A stretch of 60,458 nucleotides of DNA, filler included. It is 9 parts of 9 records of this genome, joined end to end, with 100 filler letters (N's around TTAATTAATTAA, not from the genome) between each part and the next. Parts side by side here need not be neighbours in the genome. Positions count along the whole stretch, not along the records: positions 26,204 to 33,752 come from SRR31147125_86600; positions 33,853 to 40,106 come from SRR31147125_86652; positions 40,207 to 46,681 come from SRR31147125_86656; 6 more parts are not named here. One strand, written 5' to 3'. The notes under the pieces were generated by a model that searched no databases, was not told the origin of the DNA, and saw nothing but the letters and a program-made list of their open reading frames with translations. Position 1 is the stretch's first letter; each line of letters begins with the position of its first letter. Made by a program: the position numbers and the translations under genes. Positions 31,896-42,026 of the stretch are shown piece by piece.

Positions 31896-32067
31896 TGCTA
31901 TTTAAAAAAAGGAGCAACAGACTGTCAAGGGTCAAGTCCTTTTTCTCGACAGTATGGCCAGCGACAATGATAGCACAGGGATTCAGAGTAACTCTGAAGA
32001 CGGAGTTACAAGCATGGTTTCGATATTCGCCCATAATACAAAATATTATTTAACCTCTTGACGTTCA

Positions 32068-32084
32068 GTATTACTTAGTAATAC
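32068..32084. promoter_or_regulatory. Candidate RHH operator overlapping the COG0523 promoter
   Basis: Perfect 7-3-7 palindrome GTATTAC-TTA-GTAATAC between TTGACG (32058) and TACCCT (32082). Confidence 0.7.
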
Positions 32085-32164
32085 CCTTGCGGCAATTTGA
32101 TGTGCGAGTGATTGGAGAAGACCGCATTCCGGTTTTGGCGCATCTGGATTCTAGGAGATAGAAA

Positions 32165-33328
32165 ATGGAAAAGATACCGGTCACAGTCATATGCGGCTTT
32201 CTCGGAAGCGGTAAAACCACTCTGCTGAATCACATTCTGGAGAACAAGGGCGACAAACGAATCGCGATGATCGTCAACGATATGGCAGAAGTGAATATCG
32301 ATGCCGGTAATGTCGAGGACAAAATCCTGGAAACTGACGAGAAATTAGTGCAGATGCAGAACGGATGCATCTGTTGTACTCTTCGCGAGGACCTATTCAA
32401 CGAAATCTCCAAAATCTCAGAAGAAAGCGGATATGACTATCTGGTAATCGAAGCCAGCGGAATCAGCGAGCCGTTGCCTATTGCCGCGACATTTACATTT
32501 GCCATGCCCGATGGGAACTCTCTTTGTGAACTCGCCGATCTCGATACGATGGTGACTGTCGTCGACGCATGCAATTTTGTCGCCGAATATAACTCCACTG
32601 AGACTCTCAAAGACAGAAAACAGCAATGGGGCAATAATGACGAAAGAAACGTCGTCGACCTGATGATCGATCAACTGGGATTCGCGAATGTGATTCTGGT
32701 GAATAAATCCGATCTAGTCTCGGAAGAAGAGCTTGAAAAAGTCCATAAGATGATCCGTTCCATCAATTCCGAATCGAGAATCATCGATACCGTCAAGGCG
32801 AAAGCCGATCTGAATGAAGTCATAAATACCGGTCTGTTCGATTTCCAGGAGGCTCAACAGTATCCGACATGGATAAAAGAGATTGAAAGAGGTCAGCAAC
32901 ACACCTCCGAAGACGAGGAATACGGGATTTCCAGTTTCGTCTACCAATCCAGAATACCGTTTCACCCCGAAAGATTCTTCGATTTTCTCGGCAAGGAGCA
33001 CAACGGGCTAGTACGTGCCAAAGGGTATTTCTGGTTGGTCAATGCGATGGATGACGTGGGCGAATTTCAGCTTGCCGGGAAGCTGAAAGAAGCTTTTGTC
33101 ATTGGGAAATGGTGGGCAACCGTACCGAAAGAGGAATGGCCTGAAGGCGTCAACGAAATACTGGAACCGATATGGGACGAAGAAGCAGGTGACAGGAGAC
33201 AAGAGCTCGTATTCATCGGTATCGATCTGGACAAGGAGAAAATGATTTCGTCTCTGAACGACTGTCTGGCGAAAGACGGGGAACAGACGGCTCATATACG
33301 CAATGAGCAGTATATGGAAACATATTGA
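32165..33328 (+). CDS. COG0523/CobW-family metallochaperone GTPase (YciC/ZagA-like)
   Basis: GFLGSGKTT, NGCICCTLREDL, EASGISEP, NKSD, EEYGISSFVY..PFHPERF, RAKG, DRRQELVFIG. Confidence 0.95.
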   Translation: MEKIPVTVICGFLGSGKTTLLNHILENKGDKRIAMIVNDMAEVNIDAGNVEDKILETDEKLVQMQNGCICCTLREDLFNEISKISEESGYDYLVIEASGISEPLPIAATFTFAMPDGNSLCELADLDTMVTVVDACNFVAEYNSTETLKDRKQQWGNNDERNVVDLMIDQLGFANVILVNKSDLVSEEELEKVHKMIRSINSESRIIDTVKAKADLNEVINTGLFDFQEAQQYPTWIKEIERGQQHTSEDEEYGISSFVYQSRIPFHPERFFDFLGKEHNGLVRAKGYFWLVNAMDDVGEFQLAGKLKEAFVIGKWWATVPKEEWPEGVNEILEPIWDEEAGDRRQELVFIGIDLDKEKMISSLNDCLAKDGEQTAHIRNEQYMETY

Positions 33329-33690
33329 TACCGAATGACGGCCTGGTACTAGAGACCGATACACAGTATCTCGGAAGAACCGAGTAGTACACGACGACGT
33401 GGAATCTGGTTCCGATGTTGGAAGGGCGCCCGTTTGTAGGACGTTTTGGACTATTCGTTCATGTTACAGCGGGTTTCGGCGATGTCGGCTTTGCCGGTTA
33501 CTGGACATTGGAAATATTCTGCATTCAGCCAATCCGAGTCTACTCAGGGATTGAACTTTGCCAGATCTATTATCACACCTTGGAAGATGAATATGAAAAC
33601 TATCAGAGCGGTAAGTACCAAGACAACCCGGGAGCTCAACCGAGCATGCTCTATAAGGATTTCACACAGAGCGGAGTTCGGCGGGATTGA
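33325..33690 (+). pseudogene. dcd: dCTP deaminase remnant
   Basis: N-terminus missing; in-frame TAG at 33385; EGRSSVGRLG eroded to EGRPFVGRFG; HVTAGFGDVGF.GYWTLEI, CQIYYH and GKYQ retained. Confidence 0.75.
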
Positions 33691-33752
33691 GAGCTGTCAT
33701 TCTGAAAAGAATCCGTATGGCGTGCTCGGTATCGAAAAACGCCCGGTGCAAA

Positions 33753-33852
33753 NNNNNNNNNNNNNNNNNNNNNNNNNNNNNNNNNNNNNNNNNNNNTTAA
33801 TTAATTAANNNNNNNNNNNNNNNNNNNNNNNNNNNNNNNNNNNNNNNNNNNN
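33753..33852. other. Artificial contig linker
   Basis: N44-TTAATTAATTAA-N44. Confidence 0.98.
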
Positions 33853-34534
33853 CACCATCCCCACCAAGAAGAGCCAGGTGTTTTCAACTGCTGCCGACAA
33901 TCAGCCTGCCGTATCCATCCATGTCCTTCAGGGAGAGCGTGAAATGGCAGCTGGTAACAAGACTTTGGGACAGTTTGAGCTGGCTGACATTCCGCCGGCA
34001 CCGAGAGGCGTTCCTCAAATTGAAGTCACCTTCGACATTGATGCCAATGGGATTGTGTCCGTGTCCGCAAAAGATAAAGCCACCGGTAAAGAGCAGTCCA
34101 TCCGAATTACTGCGGCCAGTGGTCTAAGCCAGGATGAAATTGATCGTATGGTGAAAGATGCAGAAATGCATGCTGAAGAGGATACCAAGAAAAAAGAGTT
34201 GGTGGATGCGAAAAACTCGGCGGAATCCATCATTGATCAGACGGAGAAGACCCTGAGTGAGCATGGCGACAAAGTGGATGATGCCACCAAGAGCAGCATC
34301 CAGGATGCCCTTGCCGAACTGAAACGGGCCAAAGATAGCGATGATGCCGATGAGATCAAACAGAAAATCGAAGCATTGACTCAGGTATCCCACAAACTGG
34401 CTGAAGCCATGTATCAGCAGGCGGCCCAGGAAGGTGGAGACCCTGCTGCCGGCGGAGCTGCCGGTGCCGGAGCCGATGCAGCCGGTCAGGATGATGATGT
34501 GGTGGATGCAGACTTTGAGGAAGTAAAAAAATAG
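33853..34534 (+). CDS. dnaK: Chaperone DnaK, C-terminal part
   Basis: [53 protein letters not shown]. Confidence 0.98.
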
Positions 34535-34616
34535 ATCCTCATTGGTGCCGAGGGACGGAGTTTGAATCGTCCCGGTGCCCCTGCTTGTCATTCGAATCCA
34601 GAAGAAGCTTGAAATC

Positions 34617-34654
34617 AAATCCCGCTGTGACTATACTGCCCAGCGGGATTTTTG
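34617..34654 (+). terminator. Intrinsic terminator after dnaK
   Basis: AAATCCCGCTG...CAGCGGGATTT followed by a T tail. Confidence 0.75.
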
Positions 34655-34792
34655 TATTTTATGGAAAGTGATTGTCGGCACCGTTCGAATGATCCGGATC
34701 GGAGATTTGAAGGATGCCGTTTTTTATCACCAATGAATAGCAAATGAAGCGTGAAAGATCGCCGGGAAACGGGATATTAACGGGATACTAAT

Positions 34793-36382
34793 ATGATCAT
34801 AACGGAAATTTTAGCCAGAAACAGTCGTCTGTACGGAGATGATACGGCATTGATTGAGAGGGCCCCCGCCGACAATTTGAGAAGAGAGATCACTTGGGGA
34901 GAGTTTTATAGGGAGGCCAACCAGCTCGCCAATGCGCTGGCGTCAAAGGGGGTAGGCAAGGGCACAAAAGTGGTGCAGCTGATGACCAACTCCCTGGAGT
35001 GGCTTCCCATCTATTTCGGGATTCTCTACACCGGGGCATGGGCCGTTCCGCTCAATTTCCGTTTTGAGTCCGATAAAATACGCCTTTGCACCGAGGTGGC
35101 CGAAGCGGAAGTGTTTATTTTTGGTGAAGAGTTCATTGATCGCATTGCACCCATCCGATCCATTCTCGAAGTCACAGTCCATACCTGGATTTTCACCGGT
35201 CCCTTAGAGCTTTGCCCCGACTATGCCGTTCCTTACCAAATGTTCCTCCATAACAGTCCGGCTGAAGCCCCTCCCGCGGTTGACATTCAAATTCAGGATG
35301 ATGCGGCCCTCTATTTCACCTCCGGTACCACCGGGACGCCAAAGGCGGTGTTGTTGACCCATCGGAATCTGGAACATGCCTGTTATGTGGAGAACCAGCA
35401 CCACAAGCAAACAAAGGATGATGTGTTTCTCTGTATTCCTCCCCTCTATCATACCGGTGCTAAAATGCATTGGATGGGAAGTTTTATTGTCGGGGGCAAA
35501 TGTGTGATCTTGAAAGGGGTCCAGCCCCAATGGATTCTTGAGGCCGTTTCCGAAGAGCAGGCCACCATTGTCTGGCTGCTGGTTCCCTGGGCACATGATA
35601 TCCTGATTGCCGTCGAGAGCAACAAGATGGCCCTTGCCGACTACAAATTGGATCAATGGCGACTTCTCCATATCGGTGCCCAGCCGGTTCCCCCCAGTTT
35701 GATCAAGGAGTGGAAAGAGTATTTCCCCAACCATGAATATGATACCAACTACGGATTGACCGAATGCACAGGTCCCGGCTGCGTACACCTTGGAATCGAA
35801 AATGATCATAAAGTGGGGGCCATCGGTGTTCCGGGATTTGACTGGGAGTGCCGCATAGTGGATGGAAACGGTAATAACTTGCCTCCGGCCGAAAGTGGAG
35901 AGTTGTTGGTGCGTGGTCCCGGGGTGATGAAAGAGTATTATAAAAATCCCGAAGCAACAGCGAAAACCGTTGTGGACGGTTGGCTCCATACCGGTGATAT
36001 CGCAAGATTCGACATGGACGGATTTATCTGGTTGGTGGATCGGAAAAAGGATGTGATCATCTGCGGTGGAGAGAATCTATTTCCCGTAGAAATCGAACAC
36101 TATTTCATGCAGTACCCGAAAATTCAGGATATTGCGGTTATCGGAATTCCGGACGAACGGCTGGGTGAGATTCCTGCGGGGATCATCTGCGCCAAACCGG
36201 ATGTTGAACTTACAAAAAAGGATATCAAAGAGTTCGGATATGGCCTCCCCCGATACAAGCGTCTCCGGAAAATCATTTTTGCCGAAGTCCCCCGTAATCC
36301 AACTGGAAAAATCGAGAAGCCGAAACTGAGACGTCTCTATGCCCAGGATGGTCGAAAAAATGTGTCAAAACTGGTCAAATAG
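34793..36382 (+). CDS. Acyl-CoA synthetase (class I adenylate-forming)
   Basis: YFTSGTTGTPK, YGLTE, GWLHTGD, DRKKD, PRNPTGKI. Confidence 0.93.
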   Translation: MIITEILARNSRLYGDDTALIERAPADNLRREITWGEFYREANQLANALASKGVGKGTKVVQLMTNSLEWLPIYFGILYTGAWAVPLNFRFESDKIRLCTEVAEAEVFIFGEEFIDRIAPIRSILEVTVHTWIFTGPLELCPDYAVPYQMFLHNSPAEAPPAVDIQIQDDAALYFTSGTTGTPKAVLLTHRNLEHACYVENQHHKQTKDDVFLCIPPLYHTGAKMHWMGSFIVGGKCVILKGVQPQWILEAVSEEQATIVWLLVPWAHDILIAVESNKMALADYKLDQWRLLHIGAQPVPPSLIKEWKEYFPNHEYDTNYGLTECTGPGCVHLGIENDHKVGAIGVPGFDWECRIVDGNGNNLPPAESGELLVRGPGVMKEYYKNPEATAKTVVDGWLHTGDIARFDMDGFIWLVDRKKDVIICGGENLFPVEIEHYFMQYPKIQDIAVIGIPDERLGEIPAGIICAKPDVELTKKDIKEFGYGLPRYKRLRKIIFAEVPRNPTGKIEKPKLRRLYAQDGRKNVSKLVK

Positions 36383-36510
36383 TGAGTTTTAACTCTGCCT
36401 CTGCCTCTGCATTGAATTCGATTTTCTGAGCTGACTTTTCAAACAGTCCTTTCAGTGTAAGGTGAAAGCGCTTCAATTTTATATACATGAAACGATAGGA
36501 ACACCTCTAA

Positions 36511-37388
36511 ATGGAAACATATCAGGCACTCATTCTGGGAATCCTTCAAGGACTTACTGAGTTTCTTCCGGTCAGCAGCTCAGGGCATCTGGCGTTGGGC
36601 CAATGCTTTTTCGGCATGACGGAACCGAACCTTTTCTTTGACGTCAGCCTCCATGTGGGGACACTGCTTGCCGTTTGCGTCGTATTTCGAGATGAAATTG
36701 TTTCGATTCTCGATACATTGCTGAGGGCTGCCAAAGCCTTGTTTAAAAGATCTTCAACAAGATATTCGTTGCGAAAAATTTGGAATCTTCCCGACGTCCG
36801 ATTTGTCGTTTACATTGTGATCGGCTCTGTTCCAACAGCAGCGTTGGGGCTCTTTTTTAAGCAGTATGTGGATGTTTTGTTCAGATCCATTAGTTTTGTC
36901 GGCTGTATGCTTATTATTACCGGCACCTTCCTATGGCTGACAAGGAATATTCGGCCTTCGGTTGACGAGGACGATGATGCCGACAGTCATGGGGACGGTA
37001 ATGGAGGAGGAATTCTGGAAATGGACTGGAAAAAAGCGCTCTTAATCGGCGTCTGCCAGGGGATGGCGGTGTTGCCGGGCATCTCCAGATCCGGGGCGAC
37101 GATTTCTGCCGGCCTCCATGCAGGCATTGATCGTGAGACTGCCGCACGCTTCTCTTTTCTTCTCTCCATTCCCGCCATTGCCGGTGCAGAGTTACTGAGC
37201 CTCAAAGATTTTTTCGCCCAAGGGGGGCATTGGATGGCTCCATTATCCATGGAACACTCATTTCTTTTGTGGTTGGCTATCTTGCCTTGGTTGCTTTATT
37301 GAAAATTGTGAAGAATGGAAAGATGTACATGTTCGCCCCGTACTGCTGGCTGTTGGGTGTTGTTGCCGTTATGATTGGCGCAATGTAA
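36511..37388 (+). CDS. uppP: Undecaprenyl-diphosphatase; frameshift near the G-run at ~37225
   Basis: QGLTEFLPVSSSGH, LHVGT, PGISRSGAT, ARFSFLLSIP; the final TM segment (FAPYCWLLG) lies in another frame ending at TAA 37388. Confidence 0.93.
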
Positions 37389-37655
37389 GTCTTTCATGAA
37401 AATGGTGTGCCCTTATTTTATTATGATATCGTTCGTGATAGGAAAAAAAGTGAAAGTGAACAGCAAGAGAGTTGGAAAGTGAATCTGGGGTATTTTAGGG
37501 ATGGGGAGGAAATACCGTTCCTATTTCGGAGGTGGTGGAGGAGATTTAAATCTGTCCCCCAAGCTCGTAAATGGGAAGCTTATTTAAGACCGAGGCCTTA
37601 ATTTTTTGATAATACCAAACGGAATTAGAAATAAGAGAGATGAGAAGGAGCGTTC

Positions 37656-39059
37656 ATGAATCCTGGAATTTTTAGAGAGTATGATATTCGAGGCGTTTCC
37701 GGTAAAGATTTTACTTCGGAAGATGTTGTATTGATTGGTAAAGCATACGGAACCATGCTGGCGGAACAGGGAAAAAAGCATGTCACCGTCGGCCGGGATT
37801 GCCGCGTCACATCTGAAGCGTATTGTCAGGCATTTATTCAGGGAATTCTTGAGACGGGCCGTGATGTCACCGACATCGGCCTTTGCCCTACGCCGGTTCT
37901 CTACTTCTCCATTCATCATTGTAAGAGTGACGGCGGTGCCATGGTGACGGCCAGCCACAACCCGCCGGAGTATAACGGCTTCAAACTCATGAGCGGAACC
38001 GAATCCATTCATGGATCCGGACTCCAGAGAATTCGTGAAATCATCGCCTCGGGCGTGTTTGCAGGTGCGGATAGTGGTGGGGACGCTGGAGGGGCATCAG
38101 AGGATGATGCCAAAGGGGCCCTTTCAACGGTCGATGTCTTGACACCGTACAAAGCCTATATTGAGGAAAACATCAATTTGGCAAAACCGGTGAGAATCGG
38201 GGTGGATGCCGGAAACGGCACCGGAGCCATCACGGCACTGCCGGTATTAAAGGCGCTTGGATGTGAAATTCATGAGCTTTACTGTAAACCCGATGGTACC
38301 TTTCCCAACCATGAGGCCGATCCCACGGTCAAAGCAAACCTTGGGGAACTCATCGCGCTCGTCAAAGAGAAAAATCTGGATCTGGGCGTTGGATACGACG
38401 GTGATGGAGATCGAATTGGAGTTGTGGATGAGAAGGGAGAGGTGATCTACGGCGATCAGCTCATGGTGATCTACGCCCGGGAGATTCTATCACGGAAGCC
38501 CGGTGCCACATTTATTTCAGAAGTCAAGTGCTCCATGACCATGTACAACGATATCGAAACGCATGGCGGCAGGGCAATCATGTGGAAAACAGGACATTCC
38601 TTGATCAAGCAGAAGATGAAGGAAGAGGATGCCGCCCTGGCCGGAGAGATGAGCGGGCACATGTTTTTCAGCGATCGTTATCTTGGATATGATGATGCGC
38701 TTTATGCCACGTGTCGGCTGCTTGAGATTGTGATCAACAGCGGCAAGAGCGTTTCCCAACTCATCGGAGATTTACCGGAAACCTTTACCACCCCGGAGAT
38801 CCGGGTGGAGTGTCCCGACAGTGTGAAGTTCGATGTGGTGGATGTCATGGTTCGGCAGTTCAAAGAAAAATATGAGGTGATCGATATCGACGGAATGCGT
38901 GCGCTGTTTGATGGGGGCTGGGGCCTGGTCCGGGCATCCAACACCCAGCCGGCCCTGGTACTCCGGTTTGAGGCGGCATCGGCAAAAAGACTTGAGGAGA
39001 TCAAAAGGGAGGTGGAAAGTGCCCTTGGGAAGGTGATTCAAGGGATGGAAACGCTTTGA
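37656..39059 (+). CDS. Phosphomannomutase/phosphoglucomutase
   Basis: FREYDIRG, TASHNP, DGDGDR, GEMSGH, RASNTQP. Confidence 0.95.
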   Translation: MNPGIFREYDIRGVSGKDFTSEDVVLIGKAYGTMLAEQGKKHVTVGRDCRVTSEAYCQAFIQGILETGRDVTDIGLCPTPVLYFSIHHCKSDGGAMVTASHNPPEYNGFKLMSGTESIHGSGLQRIREIIASGVFAGADSGGDAGGASEDDAKGALSTVDVLTPYKAYIEENINLAKPVRIGVDAGNGTGAITALPVLKALGCEIHELYCKPDGTFPNHEADPTVKANLGELIALVKEKNLDLGVGYDGDGDRIGVVDEKGEVIYGDQLMVIYAREILSRKPGATFISEVKCSMTMYNDIETHGGRAIMWKTGHSLIKQKMKEEDAALAGEMSGHMFFSDRYLGYDDALYATCRLLEIVINSGKSVSQLIGDLPETFTTPEIRVECPDSVKFDVVDVMVRQFKEKYEVIDIDGMRALFDGGWGLVRASNTQPALVLRFEAASAKRLEEIKREVESALGKVIQGMETL

Positions 39060-39167
39060 TTCATCGCACAATGTTTCAAGGGAAAACTCAATTTTGTATT
39101 TTGTAACCATTTGATTTTATTGATGCTGAAAAATCGAATTCTTAGAAAAAGCTCTTATTCTACAGGC

Positions 39168-40106
39168 TTATCGAGACATTAAGCGGCTTACGGCCTTTTC
39201 AAGGCCGTCCAGTGAGAGTTCGAACATGGGAAACACCTGGGAAATGGCGATAATGGTGTGGGTGTAATTCCACATCTCACGGGGGACCGGGTTGAGCCAG
39301 ACGCTATGGGGAAACGTGTCTGCAATGAACCGAAGGCGATCGATACTCGGCTTGCCGCTTCTCTCTCTGATGTGAATGGAACCGTCTGTGGCCATCAGCT
39401 CGTATGGGGCCATGCTGGCATCTCCCACCAGAATGAACCGGGTCTCGGGATCCAACTTCACAAATTCGTTCACCATCCTGGGCTTTCGGTATCGTGCCGG
39501 ATCCTCCCATACGGCATCGTAAATGGTGTTGTGGAAAAAGCAGGTTTTCACCTCTTTGAACTGGGATTTGGCGTAATCAAACAGAGTTTGCACAACGGAA
39601 ATATAGGGATCCATGGACCAGCCTCCATTGTCGATGGCCAAAATCACTTTCAGGCGATCGCGCATGGAGCGGTCGAAAATCAACTCGATTTCTCCGCCGT
39701 TTTTCATGGTTTTATAGATGGTCTCATCCACGTTGATCTGATCTTTCGGGCCCGTGGGGACCATGTTCCGCAGTCGCTTCAGGGCTTCTCCCATCATGGC
39801 GGATGTCAAGGGTCCCCGGGCGGAATAGTCTTTGTATCGCCGCTCGCCCGCCACCTTGACCGCTGACTTGTTGCGGGATTCTCCCCCACCCGCATGCCGC
39901 CGGGATGATATCCCGAATGGCCCACCGGAGAGGTCCCCCCGGTACCGATCCACTTGTTCCCCCCTTCGTGACGCCCTTTTTGCTCATTTAGTCTCTCCTT
40001 GAAATATTCGATGAGCTCATCCGGTGTGAGATTTTTTAATTGAGATTCATCGATGCCCAGGGCGTCTGCAAGCTGTTTGGGGTTTTTCAGCCATTCGTCC
40101 AGCATG
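39168..40106 (-). CDS. VWA (CoxE-like) domain protein, frameshift near 39880, 5'-truncated
   Basis: EQKGRHEGGNKWIGTGGTSPVGHSG, IDNGGWSMDPY (MIDAS-like), FFHNTIY, VGDASMAPYEL, WLNP. Confidence 0.82.
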
Positions 40107-40206
40107 NNNNNNNNNNNNNNNNNNNNNNNNNNNNNNNNNNNNNNNNNNNNTTAATTAATTAANNNNNNNNNNNNNNNNNNNNNNNNNNNNNNNNNNNNNN
40201 NNNNNN
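40107..40206. other. Artificial contig linker
   Basis: N44-TTAATTAATTAA-N44. Confidence 0.98.
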
Positions 40207-40788
40207 CAGGCCTTCTTTGAGCTTGCGCTGCAGGCTTGCATTCTCAGCTTCCAGAATCTCAGTGCGTTTTTTTAGCGCCTGGATCTTGTCTTCTTTGTCT
40301 TTGATACTTTCTTTCGCCTCGGCCAGGTCGTCCGCCGACTGATTCAAACGGCCCATCAGGATTTTCGTAAGGGCTTGATGAAGCAGGTGGATAAAGACAA
40401 TATTTTCGGTCACGAGCAAGTGGCTGGTGAAATCAGGATTGGTGGCCAAACAGCTTACATTGGTGACAGCGGTGACTGTCGCGCTACGCACCTCGCCGGT
40501 CAGCGCGCCAAATTCTCCAAAGACATCCCCTAGACGCGCCAGGTTGGCAATGGTTTTTCCGTTGCGACTAACCCGCACTTTGCCCCCGGCAAGCAGAAAC
40601 ATCCGATCACTACTATGGCCTTCACGAATGATCACCGTCCCCTTGGTGAAAGTCATGACCTCGGAGCATTCCAGCATCTCGCGCAATTCAACCGCGTGCG
40701 GATGATTGTGCCCAAGATACTTGAGCATTGCGGATTGGGCTAAAGCTTCAATCAGCCCTTGACGTATGGGATGGTTGAGTTCTTTCAA
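40207..40788 (-). CDS. Cyclic nucleotide-binding domain protein with coiled-coil tail, 3'-truncated
   Basis: IIREG..MFLLAGGKVRV, GDVFGEFGAL..RSATVTA; probable TTG start after GAGGA. Confidence 0.8.
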
Positions 40789-40810
40789 TGAAAGGATCCT
40801 CTTCGTATTA

Positions 40811-41593
40811 CTATGTTCCTGCGCCCTCTTGCGCCTTTTCTCTTTCCAAGCGTTCAAGATTCCAAATCTTGGCGTACTTTAAAAAGACCGCATTGGCGGC
40901 CAGTCCGCATAAGACGGCCCCGTGAAAGCCATCGAGAAAACCTCCGCGAATCAGATACATCTTAATAAAGCGATGAATAGGACGCAGGGTGATATCCAGG
41001 AAACCCGTGCGTTTCCCCTTTTCATAGGCGTCCATCGCGCCCCAATTTGTAAAGCGGTTTGAAGTGGCGAAATACTCCTCAAAATTGCGATAGGTGTCAT
41101 GATACATAACTTCATCAATGACGCCCATACTGCCTTCCACAAGCACCCGTGAATGCACCCGTTGTTCCAAATAACGCCCTTTTTTCGTGCGAAAGAGACG
41201 CACATTATAATCCCGATGCCAGCCGCAATGGCGAATCAGCTTGCCAAAGAAATAGGACATCCGCTTGATTTTGTAGCCGTCTTTGCTGCTGGGATCCTGA
41301 ATGATCTTTTTTATCTTGGCAATCAGTTCATCCGAAAGCCACTCATCAGCGTCGAGCACCAGGGTCCATTCCGTGTTGATTTGGGGCAACGCCCAGTTAC
41401 GCTGATTGGCCGCATTCACATATTCATGCACCACCACATGCTTGCTGTAGCTTTCGGCGACTTCTTTGGATCCATCGTTCGTGTTTTTATCCACCACACA
41501 GAAAATATCATCAGCCCAGCGAACACTTTCTAAACAGGGCTTTAAGCGATCACCGGCATTGGGCACCAGGGTTAATACGGTCAATGTGCTCAT
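40811..41593 (-). CDS. Glycosyltransferase family 2 (WaaE/KdtX-like)
   Basis: CLESVRWADDI, QRNWAL, LVLDADE, RVH, GGFLDGFHG. Confidence 0.9.
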   Translation of the reverse strand: MSTLTVLTLVPNAGDRLKPCLESVRWADDIFCVVDKNTNDGSKEVAESYSKHVVVHEYVNAANQRNWALPQINTEWTLVLDADEWLSDELIAKIKKIIQDPSSKDGYKIKRMSYFFGKLIRHCGWHRDYNVRLFRTKKGRYLEQRVHSRVLVEGSMGVIDEVMYHDTYRNFEEYFATSNRFTNWGAMDAYEKGKRTGFLDITLRPIHRFIKMYLIRGGFLDGFHGAVLCGLAANAVFLKYAKIWNLERLEREKAQEGAGT

Positions 41594-41623
41594 TTCAACG
41601 ACTACCTTCTTTTTTTCTCGCGA

Positions 41624-42010
41624 CTAGAAAAGCTGCTCCCAGATATGGGCGGTAATCCATAGCGCCGAGAGACCATAGAGTAGGGCCAGAGGCGTCAGGA
41701 TACACAAGGGCCAGAAGGGGTAAAGCTTTATATCCACGCGCAAATAATAATACCAACAGGCAGCGCAGCTCAGCGGCGACGCCAGAGAGAGATGATAAAA
41801 GATGGGAAAAAATACAACACCCAGGCGATCCAGGGAACTGTCGCAAGCGCCAATTGAGCGAATCAACCACAGAATCATAATCATGTAGAGCAGGGCAATC
41901 AAGGTATAGTGAATGATGGTGAAACGCAAAACCTCGGGGTATAGATCAATCCCGAAAATGCCCTGACTCGGGCCTTGAGGTTGATAATGTTTTTTCTTTC
42001 CCCAACGCAT
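41624..42010 (-). CDS. Hypothetical membrane protein
   Basis: Three hydrophobic segments; fills the gap in a co-oriented operon. Confidence 0.55.
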   Translation of the reverse strand: MRWGKKKHYQPQGPSQGIFGIDLYPEVLRFTIIHYTLIALLYMIMILWLIRSIGACDSSLDRLGVVFFPIFYHLSLASPLSCAACWYYYLRVDIKLYPFWPLCILTPLALLYGLSALWITAHIWEQLF

Positions 42011-42026
42011 ACCGTCACCCGATCTC

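Noticed and set aside
33385-33387. In-frame TAG in dcd as pyrrolysine or stop-codon reassignment
   Set aside because: The gene is also 5'-truncated and its catalytic motif is eroded; nothing else on the contig suggests recoding
36393-36410. CTCTGC three times in tandem
   Set aside because: Too short to mean more than a chance microsatellite
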